From contig OZ024740.1 of assembly GCA_964016885.1 (NCBI GenBank), positions 40,238,001-40,302,000 on the forward strand: a stretch of 64,000 nt of DNA, in the 5' to 3' direction. Shown here one piece after another: positions 1-16,200 of this stretch. A program made the translations under genes and the position numbers. Source of the DNA: Eledone cirrhosa. Its lineage: Eukaryota. Numbering within the stretch: the stretch's first letter is position 1; every line of letters begins with the position of its first letter. The notes under the pieces were generated by a model. It was not told where the DNA came from. It did not search any database and saw nothing but the letters and a program-made list of their open reading frames with translations.

Positions 1-3000
1 ATCACCATCACTAGCACAATGATATATACCTAGACAATGTAGAACACTCACCAATAATACACAGACCATCACCATCACTACCACAATGATATATACCTAT
101 ACAATGTAGAACATTCTCCAAAAATACGCAGACAATCACCATCACTACCACAATGATATATACCTAGACAATGTAGAACATTCACCAATAATACACAGAC
201 CATCACCATCACTAGCACAATGATATATACCTAGACAATGGAGAACATTCTCCAATAATACACAGACCATCACCATCACTAGCAAAATGATATATACCTA
301 GACAATGTAGAACATTCTCCAATAATACACAGACCATCACCATCACTAGCACAATGATATATACCTAGACAATGTAGAACACTCACCAATAATACACAGA
401 CCATGACCATCACTAGTACAATGATATATACCTAGACAATGTAGAACATTCTCCAATAATACACAGACCATCACCATCACTAGCACAATGATATATACCT
501 AGACAATGTAGAACATTCTCCAATAATACACAGACCATCACCATCACTAGCACAATGATATATACCTAGACAATGTAGAACATTCTCCAATAATACACAG
601 ACCATCACCATCACTAGCACAATGATATATACCTAGACAATGTAGAACACTCACCAATAATACACAGACCATCACCATCACTAGCACAATGATATATACC
701 TAGACAATGTAGAATATTCTCCAATAATACACAGACCATCACCATCACTAGCACAATGATATATACCTAGACAATGTAGAACACTCACCAATAATACACA
801 GACCATCACCATCACTAGTACAATGATATATACCTAGACAATGTAGAACATTCTCCAATAATACGCAGACTATCACCATCACTAGTACAATGATATATAC
901 CTAGACAATGTAGAACATTCTCCAATAATACACAGACCATCACCATCACTAGTACAATGATATATACCTAGACAATGTAGAACATTCTCCAATAATACAC
1001 AGACCATCACCATCACTAGTACAATGATATATACCTAGACAATGTAGAACATTCTCCAATAATACACAGACCATCACCATCACTAGTACAATGATATATA
1101 CCTAGACAATGTAGAACATTCTCCAATAATACACAGACCATCACCATCACTAGCACAATGATGTATACCTAGACAATGTAGAACACTCACCAATAATACA
1201 CAGACCATCACCATCACTAGTACAATGATATATACCTAGACAATGTAGAACATTCTCCAATAATACGCAGACCATCACCATCACTAGTACAATGATATAT
1301 ACCTAGACAATGTAGAACATTCTCCAATAATACACAGACCATCACCATCACTAGTACAATGATATATACCTAGACAATGTAGAACATTCTCCAATAATAC
1401 ACAGACCATCACCATCACTAGTACAAGGATATATACCTAGACAATGTAGAACATTCTCCAATAATACACAGACCATCACTAGTACAATGATATATACCTA
1501 GACAATGTAGAACATTCTTCAATAATACACAGACCATCACCATCACTAGCACAATGATATATACCTATACAATGTAGAACACTCACCAATAATACACAGA
1601 CCATCACCATCACTAGTACAATGATATATACCTAGACAATGTAGAACATTCTCCAATAATACGCAGACCATCACCATCACTAGTACAATGATATATACCT
1701 AGACAATGTAGAACACTCAACAATAATACACAGACCATCACCATCACTAGCACAATGATATATAGCTAAACAATGTAGAACATTCTCCAATAATACACAG
1801 ACCATCACCATCACTAGTACAATGATATATACCTAGACAATGTAGAACATTCTCCAAAAATACGCAGACCATCACCATCACTAGCACAATGATATATACC
1901 TAGACAATGTAGAACATTCTCCAATAATACACAAACCATCACCATCACTAGCACAATGATATATACCTAGACAATGTAAAACACTCACCAATAATACTCA
2001 GACCATCACCATCACTACCACAATGATATATACCTAGACAATGTAGAACATTCTCCAATAATACACACACCATCACCATCACTAGTAGAATATATACCTA
2101 GACAATGTACATCATTCTCCAATAATACACAGACCATCACCATCACTAGCACAATGATATATACCTAGACAATGTAGAACATTCACCAATAATACACAGA
2201 CCATCACCATCACTAGTACAATGATATATGCCTAGACAATGTAGAACATTCACCAATAATACAAAGACCATCACCATCACTAGTAGAATGATATATACCT
2301 AGACAATGTACATCATTCTCCAATAATACACAGACCATCACCATCACTAGCAAAATGATATATACCTAGACAATGTAGAACATTTTCCAATAATACACAG
2401 ACCATCACCATCACTAGCACAATGATATATACCTAGACAATGTAGAACACTCACCAATAATACACAGACCATCACCATCACTAGTACAATGATATATACC
2501 TAGACAATGTAGAACATTCTCCAATAATACACAGACCATCACCATCACTAGCACAATGATATATACCTAGACAATGTAGAACATTCTCCAATAATACACA
2601 GACCATCACCATCACTAGCACAATAATATATACCTAGACAATGTAGAACATTCTCCAATAATACACAGACCATCACCATCACTAGCACAATGATATATAC
2701 CTAGACAATGTAGAACACTCACCAATAATACACAGACCATCACCATCACTAGCACAATGATATATACCTAGACAATGTAGAACATTCTCCAATAATACAC
2801 AGACCATCACCATCACTAGCACAATGATATATACCTAGACAATGTAGAACACTCACCAATAATACACAGACCATCACCATCACTAGTACAATGATATATA
2901 CCTAGACAATGTAGAACATTCTCCAATAATACGCAGACCATCACCATCACTAGTACAATGATATATACCTAGACAATGTAGAACGTTCTCCAATAATACA

Positions 3001-6000
3001 CAGACCATCACCATCACTAGCACAATGATATATACCTAGACAATGTAGAACACTCACCAATAATACACAGACCATCACCATCACTACCACAATGATATAT
3101 ACCTATACAATGTAGAACATTCTCCAAAAATACGCAGACAATCCCCATCACTACCACAATGATATATACCTAGACAATGTAGAACATTCACCAATAATAC
3201 ACAGACCATCACCATCACTAGCACAATGATATATACCTAGACAATGGAGAACATTCTCCAATAATACACAGACCATCACCATCACTAGCAAAATGATATA
3301 TACCTAGACAATGTAGAACATTCTCCAATAATACACAGACCATCACCATCACTAGCACAATGATATATACCTAGACAATGTAGAACACTCACCAATAATA
3401 CACAGACCATGACCATCACTAGTACAATGATATATACCTAGACAATGTAGAACATTCTCCAATAATACACAGACCATCACCATCACTAGCACAATGATAT
3501 ATACCTAGACAATGTAGAACATTCTCCAATAATACACAGACCATCACCATCACTAGCACAATGATATATACCTAGACAATGTAGAACATTCTCCAATAAT
3601 ACACAGACCATCACCATCACTAGCACAATGATATATACCTAGACAATGTAGAACACTCACCAATAATACACAGACCATCACCATCACTAGCACAATGATA
3701 TATACCTAGACAATGTAGAATATTCTCCAATAATACACAGACCATCACCATCACTAGCACAATGATATATACCTAGACAATGTAGAACACTCACCAATAA
3801 TACACAGACCATCACCATCACTAGTACAATGATATATACCTAGACAATGTAGAACATTCTCCAATAATACACAGACCATCACCATCACTAGTACAATGAT
3901 ATATACCTAGACAATGTAGAACATTCTCCAATAATACGCAGACCATCACCATCACTAGTACAATGATATATACCTAGACAATGTAGAACATTCTCCAATA
4001 ATACACAGACCATCACCATCACTAGCACAATGATATATACCTAGACAATGTAGAACACTCACCAATAATACACAGACCATCACCATCACTACCACAATGA
4101 TATATACCTATACAATGTAGAACATTCTCCAAAAATACGCAGACAATCCCCATCACTACCACAATGATATATACCTAGACAATGTAGAACATTCACCAAT
4201 AATACACAGACCATCACCATCACTAGCACAATGATATATACCTAGACAATGGAGAACATTCTCCAATAATACACAGACCATCACCATCACTAGCAAAATG
4301 ATATATACCTAGACAATGTAGAACATTCTCCAATAATACACAGACCATCACCATCACTAGCACAATGATATATACCTAGACAATGTAGAACACTCACCAA
4401 TAATACACAGACCATGACCATCACTAGTACAATGATATATACCTAGACAATGTAGAACATTCTCCAATAATACACAGACCATCACCATCACTAGCACAAT
4501 GATATATACCTAGACAATGTAGAACATTCTCCAATAATACACAGACCATCACCATCACTAGCACAATGATATATACCTAGACAATGTAGAACATTCTCCA
4601 ATAATACACAGACCATCACCATCACTAGCACAATGATATATACCTAGACAATGTAGAACACTCACCAATAATACACAGACCATCACCATCACTAGCACAA
4701 TGATATATACCTAGACAATGTAGAATATTCTCCAATAATACACAGACCATCACCATCACTAGCACAATGATATATACCTAGACAATGTAGAACACTCACC
4801 AATAATACACAGACCATCACCATCACTAGTACAATGATATATACCTAGACAATGTAGAACATTCTCCAATAATACGCAGACTATCACCATCACTAGTACA
4901 ATGATATATACCTAGACAATGTAGAACATTCTCCAATAATACACAGACCATCACCATCACTAGTACAATGATATATACCTAGACAATGTAGAACATTCTC
5001 CAATAATACACAGACCATCACCATCACTAGTACAATGATATATACCTAGACAATGTAGAACATTCTCCAATAATACACAGACCATCACCATCACTAGTAC
5101 AATGATATATACCTAGACAATGTAGAACATTCTCCAATAATACACAGACCATCACCATCACTAGCACAATGATGTATACCTAGACAATGTAGAACACTCA
5201 CCAATAATACACAGACCATCACCATCACTAGTACAATGATATATACCTAGACAATGTAGAACATTCTCCAATAATACGCAGACCATCACCATCACTAGTA
5301 CAATGATATATACCTAGACAATGTAGAACATTCTCCAATAATACACAGACCATCACCATCACTAGTACAATGATATATACCTAGACAATGTAGAACACTC
5401 AACAATAATACACAGACCATCACCATCACTAGTACAATGATATATACCTAGACAATGTAGAACATTCTCCAATAATACACAGACCATCACCATCACTAGT
5501 ACAAGGATATATACCTAGACAATGTAGAACATTCTCCAATAATACACAGACCATCACTAGTACAATGATATATACCTAGACAATGTAGAACATTCTTCAA
5601 TAATACACAGACCATCACCATCACTAGCACAATGATATATACCTATACAATGTAGAACACTCACCAATAATACACAGACCATCACCATCACTAGTACAAT
5701 GATATATACCTAGACAATGTAGAACATTCTCCAATAATACGCAGACCATCACCATCACTAGTACAATGATATATACCTAGACAATGTAGAACACTCAACA
5801 ATAATACACAGACCATCACCATCACTAGCACAATGATATATAGCTAAACAATGTAGAACATTCTCCAATAATACACAGACCATCACCATCACTAGTACAA
5901 TGATATATACCTAGACAATGTAGAACATTCTCCAAAAATACGCAGACCATCACCATCACTAGCACAATGATATATACCTAGACAATGTAGAACATTCTCC

Positions 6001-9000
6001 AATAATACACAAACCATCACCATCACTAGCACAATGATATATACCTAGACAATGTAAAACACTCACCAATAATACTCAGACCATCACCATCACTACCACA
6101 ATGATATATACCTAGACAATGTAGAACATTCTCCAATAATACACACACCATCACCATCACTAGTAGAATATATACCTAGACAATGTACATCATTCTCCAA
6201 TAATACACAGACCATCACCATCACTAGCACAATGATATATACCTAGACAATGTAGAACATTCACCAATAATACACAGACCATCACCATCACTAGTACAAT
6301 GATATATGCCTAGACAATGTAGAACATTCACCAATAATACAAAGACCATCACCATCACTAGTAGAATGATATATACCTAGACAATGTACATCATTCTCCA
6401 ATAATACACAGACCATCACCATCACTAGCAAAATGATATATACCTAGACAATGTAGAACATTTTCCAATAATACACAGACCATCACCATCACTAGCACAA
6501 TGATATATACCTAGACAATGTAGAACACTCACCAATAATACACAGACCATCACCATCACTAGTACAATGATATATACCTAGACAATGTAGAACATTCTCC
6601 AATAATACACAGACCATCACCATCACTAGCACAATGATATATACCTAGACAATGTAGAACATTCTCCAATAATACACAGACCATCACCATCACTAGCACA
6701 ATAATATATACCTAGACAATGTAGAACATTCTCCAATAATACACAGACCATCACCATCACTAGCACAATGATATATACCTAGACAATGTAGAACACTCAC
6801 CAATAATACACAGACCATCACCATCACTAGCACAATGATATATACCTAGACAATGTAGAACATTCTCCAATAATACACAGACCATCACCATCACTAGCAC
6901 AATGATATATACCTAGACAATGTAGAACACTCACCAATAATACACAGACCATCACCATCACTAGTACAATGATATATACCTAGACAATGTAGAACATTCT
7001 CCAATAATACGCAGACCATCACCATCACTAGTACAATGATATATACCTAGACAATGTAGAACATTCTCCAATAATACACAGACCATCACCATCACTAGCA
7101 CAATGATATATACCTAGACAATGTAGAACACTCACCAATAATACACAGACCATCACCATCACTACCACAATGATATATACCTATACAATGTAGAACATTC
7201 TCCAAAAATACGCAGACAATCCCCATCACTACCACAATGATATATACCTAGACAATGTAGAACATTCACCAATAATACACAGACCATCACCATCACAAGC
7301 ACAATGATATATACCTAGACAATGGAGAACATTCTCCAATAATACACAGACCATCACCATCACTAGCAAAATGATATATACCTAGACAATGTAGAACATT
7401 CTCCAATAATACACAGACCATCACCATCACTAGCACAATGATATATACCTAGACAATGTAGAACACTCACCAATAATACACAGACCATGACCATCACTAG
7501 TACAATGATATATACCTAGACAATGTAGAACATTCTCCAATAATACACAGACCATCACCATCACTAGCACAATGATATATACCTAGACAATGTAGAACAT
7601 TCTCCAATAATACACAGACCATCACCATCACTAGCACAATGATATATACCTAGACAATGTAGAACATTCTCCAATAATACACAGACCATCACCATCACTA
7701 GTACAATGATATATACCTAGACAATGTAGAACATTCTCCAATAATACGCAGACCATCACCATCACTAGTACAATGATATATACCTAGACAATGTAGAACA
7801 TTCTCCAATAATACACAGACCATCACCATCACTAGTACAATGATATATACCTAGACAATGTAGAACATTCTCCAATAATACACAGACCATCACCATCACT
7901 AGTACAATGATATATACCTAGACAATGTAGAACATTCTCCAATAATACACAGACCATCACTAGTACAATGATATATACCTAGACAATGTAGAACATTCTT
8001 CAATAATACACAGACCATCACCATCACTAGCACAATGATATATACCTATACAATGTAGAACACTCACCAATAATACACAGACCATCACCATCACTAGTAC
8101 AATGATATATACCTAGACAATGTAGAACATTCTCCAATAATACGCAGACCATCACCATCACTAGTACAATGATATATACCTAGACAATGTAGAACACTCA
8201 ACAATAATACACAGACCATCACCATCACTAGCACAATGATATATAGCTAGACAATGTAGAACATTCTCCAATAATACACAGACCATCACCATCACTAGTA
8301 CAATGATATATACCTAGACAATGTAGAACATTCTCCAAAAATACGCAGACCATCACCATCACTAGCACAATGATATATACCTAGACAATGTAGAACATTC
8401 TCCAATAATACACAAACCATCACCATCACTAGCACAATGATATATACCTAGACAATGTAAAACACTCACCAATAATACTCAGACCATCACCATCACTACC
8501 ACAATGATATATACCTAGACAATGTAGAACATTCTCCAATAATACACACACCATCACCATCACTAGTAGAATATATACCTAGACAATGTACATCATTCTC
8601 CAATAATACACAGACCATCACCATCACTAGCACAATGATATATACCTAGACAATGTAGAACATTCACCAATAATACACAGACCATCACCATCACTAGTAC
8701 AATGATATATGCCTAGACAATGTAGAACATTCACCAATAATACAAAGACCATCACCATCACTAGTAGAATGATATATACCTAGACAATGTACATCATTCT
8801 CCAATAATACACAGACCATCACCATCACTAGCAAAATGATATATACCTAGACAATGTAGAACATTTTCCAATAATACACAGACCATCACCATCACTAGCA
8901 CAATGATATATACCTAGACAATGTAGAACACTCACCAATAATACACAGACCATCACCATCACTAGTACAATGATATATACCTAGACAATGTAGAACATTC

Positions 9001-12000
9001 TCCAATAATACACAGACCATCACCATCACTAGCACAATGATATATACCTAGACAATGTAGAACATTCTCCAATAATACACAGACCATCACCATCACTAGC
9101 ACAATAATATATACCTAGACAATGTAGAACATTCTCCAATAATACACAGACCATCACCATCACTAGCACAATGATATATACCTAGACAATGTAGAACACT
9201 CACCAATAATACACAGACCATCACCATCACTAGCACAATGATATATACCTAGACAATGTAGAACATTCTCCAATAATACACAGACCATCACCATCACTAG
9301 CACAATGATATATACCTAGACAATGTAGAACACTCACCAATAATACACAGACCATCACCATCACTAGTACAATGATATATACCTAGACAATGTAGAACAT
9401 TCTCCAATAATACGCAGACCATCACCATCACTAGTACAATGATATATACCTAGACAATGTAGAACATTCTCCAATAATACACAGACCATCACCATCACTA
9501 GCACAATGATATATACCTAGACAATGTAGAACACTCACCAATAATACACAGACCATCACCATCACTACCACAATGATATATACCTATACAATGTAGAACA
9601 TTCTCCAAAAATACGCAGACAATCCCCATCACTACCACAATGATATATACCTAGACAATGTAGAACATTCACCAATAATACACAGACCATCACCATCACA
9701 AGCACAATGATATATACCTAGACAATGGAGAACATTCTCCAATAATACACAGACCATCACCATCACTAGCAAAATGATATATACCTAGACAATGTAGAAC
9801 ATTCTCCAATAATACACAGACCATCACCATCACTAGCACAATGATATATACCTAGACAATGTAGAACATTCTCCAATAATACACAGACCATCACCATCAC
9901 TAGCACAATGATATATACCTAGACAATGTAGAACATTCTCCAATAATACACAGACCATCACCATCACTAGCACAATGATATATACCTAGACAATGTAGAA
10001 CACTCACCAATAATACACAGACCATCACCATCACTAGCACAATGATATATACCTAGACAATGTAGAACATTCTCCAATAATACGCAGACCATCACCATCA
10101 CTAGTACAATGATATATACCTAGACAATGTAGAACATTCTCCAATAATACACAGACCATCACCATCACTAGCACAATGATATATACCTAGACAATGTAGA
10201 ACACTCACCAATAATACACAGACCATCACCATCACTACCACAATGATATATATACCTATACAATGTAGAACATTCTCCAAAAATACGCAGACAATCCCCA
10301 TCACTACCACAATGATATATACCTAGACAATGTAGAACATTCACCAATAATACACAGACCATCACCATCACTAGCACAATGATATATACCTAGACAATGG
10401 AGAACATTCTCCAATAATACACAGACCATCACCATCACTAGCAAAATGATATATACCTAGACAATGTAGAACATTCTCCAATAATACACAGACCATCACC
10501 ATCACTAGCACAATGATATATACCTAGACAATGTAGAACACTCACCAATAATACACAGACCATGACCATCACTAGTACAATGATATATACCTAGACAATG
10601 TAGAACATTCTCCAATAATACACAGACCATCACCATCACTAGCACAATGATATATACCTAGACAATGTAGAACATTCTCCAATAATACACAGACCATCAC
10701 CATCACTAGCACAATGATATATACCTAGACAATGTAGAACATTCTCCAATAATACACAGACCATCACCATCACTAGCACAATGATATATACCTAGACAAT
10801 GTAGAACACTCACCAATAATACACAGACCATCACCATCACTAGCACAATGATATATACCTAGACAATGTAGAATATTCTCCAATAATACACAGACCATCA
10901 CCATCACTAGCACAATGATATATACCTAGACAATGTAGAACACTCACCAATAATACACAGACCATCACCATCACTAGTACAATGATATATACCTAGACAA
11001 TGTAGAACATTCTCCAATAATACGCAGACTATCACCATCACTAGTACAATGATATATACCTAGACAATGTAGAACATTCTCCAATAATACACAGACCATC
11101 ACCATCACTAGTACAATGATATATACCTAGACAATGTAGAACATTCTCCAATAATACACAGACCATCACCATCACTAGTACAATGATATATACCTAGACA
11201 ATGTAGAACATTCTCCAATAATACACAGACCATCACCATCACTAGTACAATGATATATACCTAGACAATGTAGAACATTCTCCAATAATACACAGACCAT
11301 CACCATCACTAGCACAATGATGTATACCTAGACAATGTAGAACACTCACCAATAATACACAGACCATCACCATCACTAGTACAATGATATATACCTAGAC
11401 AATGTAGAACATTCTCCAATAATACGCAGACCATCACCATCACTAGTACAATGATATATACCTAGACAATGTAGAACATTCTCCAATAATACACAGACCA
11501 TCACCATCACTAGTACAATGATATATACCTAGACAATGTAGAACATTCTCCAATAATACACAGACCATCACCATCACTAGTACAATGATATATACCTAGA
11601 CAATGTAGAACATTCTCCAATAATACACAGACCATCACTAGTACAATGATATATACCTAGACAATGTAGAACATTCTTCAATAATACACAGACCATCACC
11701 ATCACTAGCACAATGATATATACCTATACAATGTAGAACACTCACCAATAATACACAGACCATCACCATCACTAGTACAATGATATATACCTAGACAATG
11801 TAGAACATTCTCCAATAATACGCAGACCATCACCATCACTAGTACAATGATATATACCTAGACAATGTAGAACACTCAACAATAATACACAGACCATCAC
11901 CATCACTAGCACAATGATATATAGCTAGACAATGTAGAACATTCTCCAATAATACACAGACCATCACCATCACTAGTACAATGATATATACCTAGACAAT

Positions 12001-12500
12001 GTAGAACATTCTCCAAAAATACGCAGACCATCACCATCACTAGCACAATGATATATACCTAGACAATGTAGAACATTCTCCAATAATACACAAACCATCA
12101 CCATCACTAGCACAATGATATATACCTAGACAATGTAAAACACTCACCAATAATACTCAGACCATCACCATCACTACCACAATGATATATACCTAGACAA
12201 TGTAGAACATTCTCCAATAATACACACACCATCACCATCACTAGTAGAATATATACCTAGACAATGTACATCATTCTCCAATAATACACAGACCATCACC
12301 ATCACTAGCACAATGATATATACCTAGACAATGTAGAACATTCACCAATAATACACAGACCATCACCATCACTAGTACAATGATATATGCCTAGACAATG
12401 TAGAACATTCACCAATAATACAAAGACCATCACCATCACTAGTAGAATGATATATACCTAGACAATGTACATCATTCTCCAATAATACACAGACCATCAC
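1..12500. repeat. Higher-order repeat zone 1 (~3.0 kb, 45-46 monomers, with partial copies)
   Basis: Diagnostic variant atgGagaac at 241, 3247, 4252, 7325, 9728, 10400. Spacings are 3006 (45x67-9), 1005 (15x67), 3073 (46x67-9), 2403 (36x67-9) and 672 (10x67+2). Other private variants (gtaCATcattc pairs, ccatGaccat, gaaTattc, gtaAaac) recur in the same order. Confidence 0.9.
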
Positions 12501-13249
12501 CATCACTAGTACAATATATACCTAGACAATGTAGAACATTCTCCAATAATACACAGACCATCACCATCACTAGCACAATGATATATACCTAGACAATGTA
12601 GAACATTCTCCAATAATACACAGACCATCACCATCACTAGTACAATGATATATACCTAGACAATGTAGAACATTCTCCAATAATACACAGACCATCACCA
12701 TCACTAGTACAATGATATATACCTAGACAATGTAGAACATTCTCCAATAATACACAGACCATCACCATCACTAGTACAATGATATATACCTAGACAATGT
12801 AGAACATTCAACAATAATACACAGACCATCACCATCACTAGTACAACGATATATACCTAGACAATGTAGAACATTCAACAATAATACACAGACCATCACC
12901 ATCACTACCACAATGATATATACCTAGACAATGTAGAACATTCTCCAATAATACACAGACCATCACCATCACTAGCACAATGATATATACCTAGACAATG
13001 TAGAACACTCAACAATAATACACAGACCATCACCATCACTAGCACAATGATATATACCTAGACAATGTAGAACATTCAACAATAATACACAGACCATCAC
13101 CATCACTAATATAATGATATATACCTAGACAATGTAGAACATTCAACAATAATACACAGACCATCACCATCACTACCACAATGATATATACCTAGACAAT
13201 GTAGAACATTCAACAATAATACACAGACCATCACCATCAATACCACAAT

Positions 13250-16200
13250 GATATATACCTAGACAATGTAGAACATTCTCCCATAATACACAGACCATCA
13301 CCATCACTAGTACAATGATATATACCTAGACAATGTAGAACATTCTCCAATAATAAGCAGACCATCACCATCACTAGAACAATGATATATACCTAGACAA
13401 TGTAGAACATGCTGCAATAATACAGACCATCACCATCACTAGTACAATGATATATAGCTAGACAATGTAGAACACTCACCAATAATACACAGACCATCAC
13501 CATCACTAGCACAATGATATATACCTAGACAATGTAGAACACTCACCAATAATACACAGACCATCACCATCACTAGTACAATGATATATACCTAGACATG
13601 TAGAACATTCTCCAATAATACACAGACCATCACCATCACTAGCACAATGATATATACCTAGACAATGTAGAACATTCAACAATAATACACAGACCATCAC
13701 CATCACTAGCACAATGATATATACCTAGACAATGTAGAACACTCACCAATAATACACAGACCATCACCATCACTACCACAATGATATATACCTATACAAT
13801 GTAGAACATTCTCCAAAAATACGCAGACAATCCCCATCACTACCACAATGATATATACCTAGACAATGTAGAACATTCACCAATAATACACAAACCATCA
13901 CGATCACTAGCACAATGATATATACCTAGACAATGGAGAACATTCTCCAATAATACACAGACCATCACCATCACTAGCAAAATGATATATACCTAGACAA
14001 TGTAGAACATTCTCCAATAATACACAGACCATCACCATCACTAGCACAATGATATATACCTAGACAATGTAGAACACTCACCAATAATACACAGACCATC
14101 ACCATCACTAGTACAATGATATATACCTAGACAATGTAGAACATTCTCCAATAATACACAGACCATCACCATCACTAGCACAATGATATATACCTAGACA
14201 ATGTAGAACATTCTCCAATAATACACAGACCATCACCATCACTAGCACAATGATATATACCTAGACAATGTAGAACATTCTCCAATAATACACAGACCAT
14301 CACCATCACTAGCACAATGATATATAACTAGACAATGTAGAACACTCACCAATAATACACAGACCATCACCATCACAAGGATATATACCTAGACAATGTA
14401 GAACATTCTCCAATAATACACAGACCATCACCATCACTAGCACAATGATATATACCTAGACAATGTAGAACACTCACCAATAATACACAGACCATCACCA
14501 TCACTAGTACAATGATATATACCTAGACAATGTAGAACATTCTCCAATAATACGCAGACCATCACCATCACTAGTACAATGATATATACCTAGACAATGT
14601 AGAACATTCTCCAATAATACAGAGACCATCACCATCACTAGTACAATGATATATACCTAGACAATGTTGAACATTCTCCAATAATACACAGACCATCACC
14701 ATCACTAGTACAATGATATATACCTAGACAATGTAGAACATTCTCCAATAATACACAGACCATCACCATCACTAGTACAATGATATATACCTAGACAATG
14801 TAGAACATTCTCCAATAATACACAGACCATCACCATCACTAGCACAATGATATATACCTAGACAATGTAGAACACTCACCAATAATACACAGACCATCAC
14901 CATCACTAGTACAATGATATATACCTAGACAATGTAGAACATTCTCCAATAATACGCAGACCATCACTAGTACAATGATATATACCTAGACAACGTAGAA
15001 CATTCTCCAAAAATACACAGACCATCACCGTCACTAGCACAATGATATATACCTAGACAATGTAGAACACTCAACAATAATACACAGACCATCACCATCA
15101 CTAGTACAATGATATATACCTAAACAATGTAGAACATTCTCCAAAAATACAGACCATCACCATCACTAGCACAATGATATATACCTAGACAATGTAGAAC
15201 ATTCTCCAATAATACACAGACCATCACCATCACTAGCACAATGATATATACCTAGACAATGTAGAACATTCTCCAATAATACACAGACCATCACCATCAC
15301 TAGTACAATGATATATACCTAGACAATGTAGAACATTCAACAATAATACACAGACCATCACCATCACTACCACAATGATATATACCTAGACAATGTAGAA
15401 CATTCTCCAATAATACACAGACCATCACCATCACTAGCACAATGATATATACCTAGATAATGTAGAACACTCAACAATAATACACAGACCATCACCATCA
15501 CTAGCACAATGATATATACCTAGACAATGTAGAACATACTCCAATAATACACAGACCATCACCATCACTAGCACAATGATATATACCTAGACAATGTAGA
15601 ACATTCAACAATAATACACAGACCATCACCATCACTAGCACATTGATATATACCTAGACAATGTAGAACACTCACCAATAATACACAGACCATCACCATC
15701 ACTACCACAATGATATATACCTATACAATGTAGAACATTCTCCAAAAATACACAGACCATCACCATCACTAGCACAATGATATATACCTATACAATGTAG
15801 AACATTCTCCAAAAATACGCAGACAATCACCATCACTACCACAATGATATATACCTAGACAATGTAGAACATTCACCAATAATACACAGACCATCACCAT
15901 CACTAGTACAATGATATATACCTAGAAAATGTGGAACATTCTCCAATAATACACAGACCATCACCATCACTAGCACAATGATATATACCTAGACAATGTA
16001 GAACATTCAACAATAATACACAGACCATCACCATCACTAGCACAATGATATATACCTAGACAATGTAGAACACTCACCAATAATACACAGACCATCACCA
16101 TCACTACCACAATGATATATACCTAGACAATCTAGAAGACTCACCAATAATACACAGACCATCACCATCACTAGCACAATGATATATACCTAGACAATGT

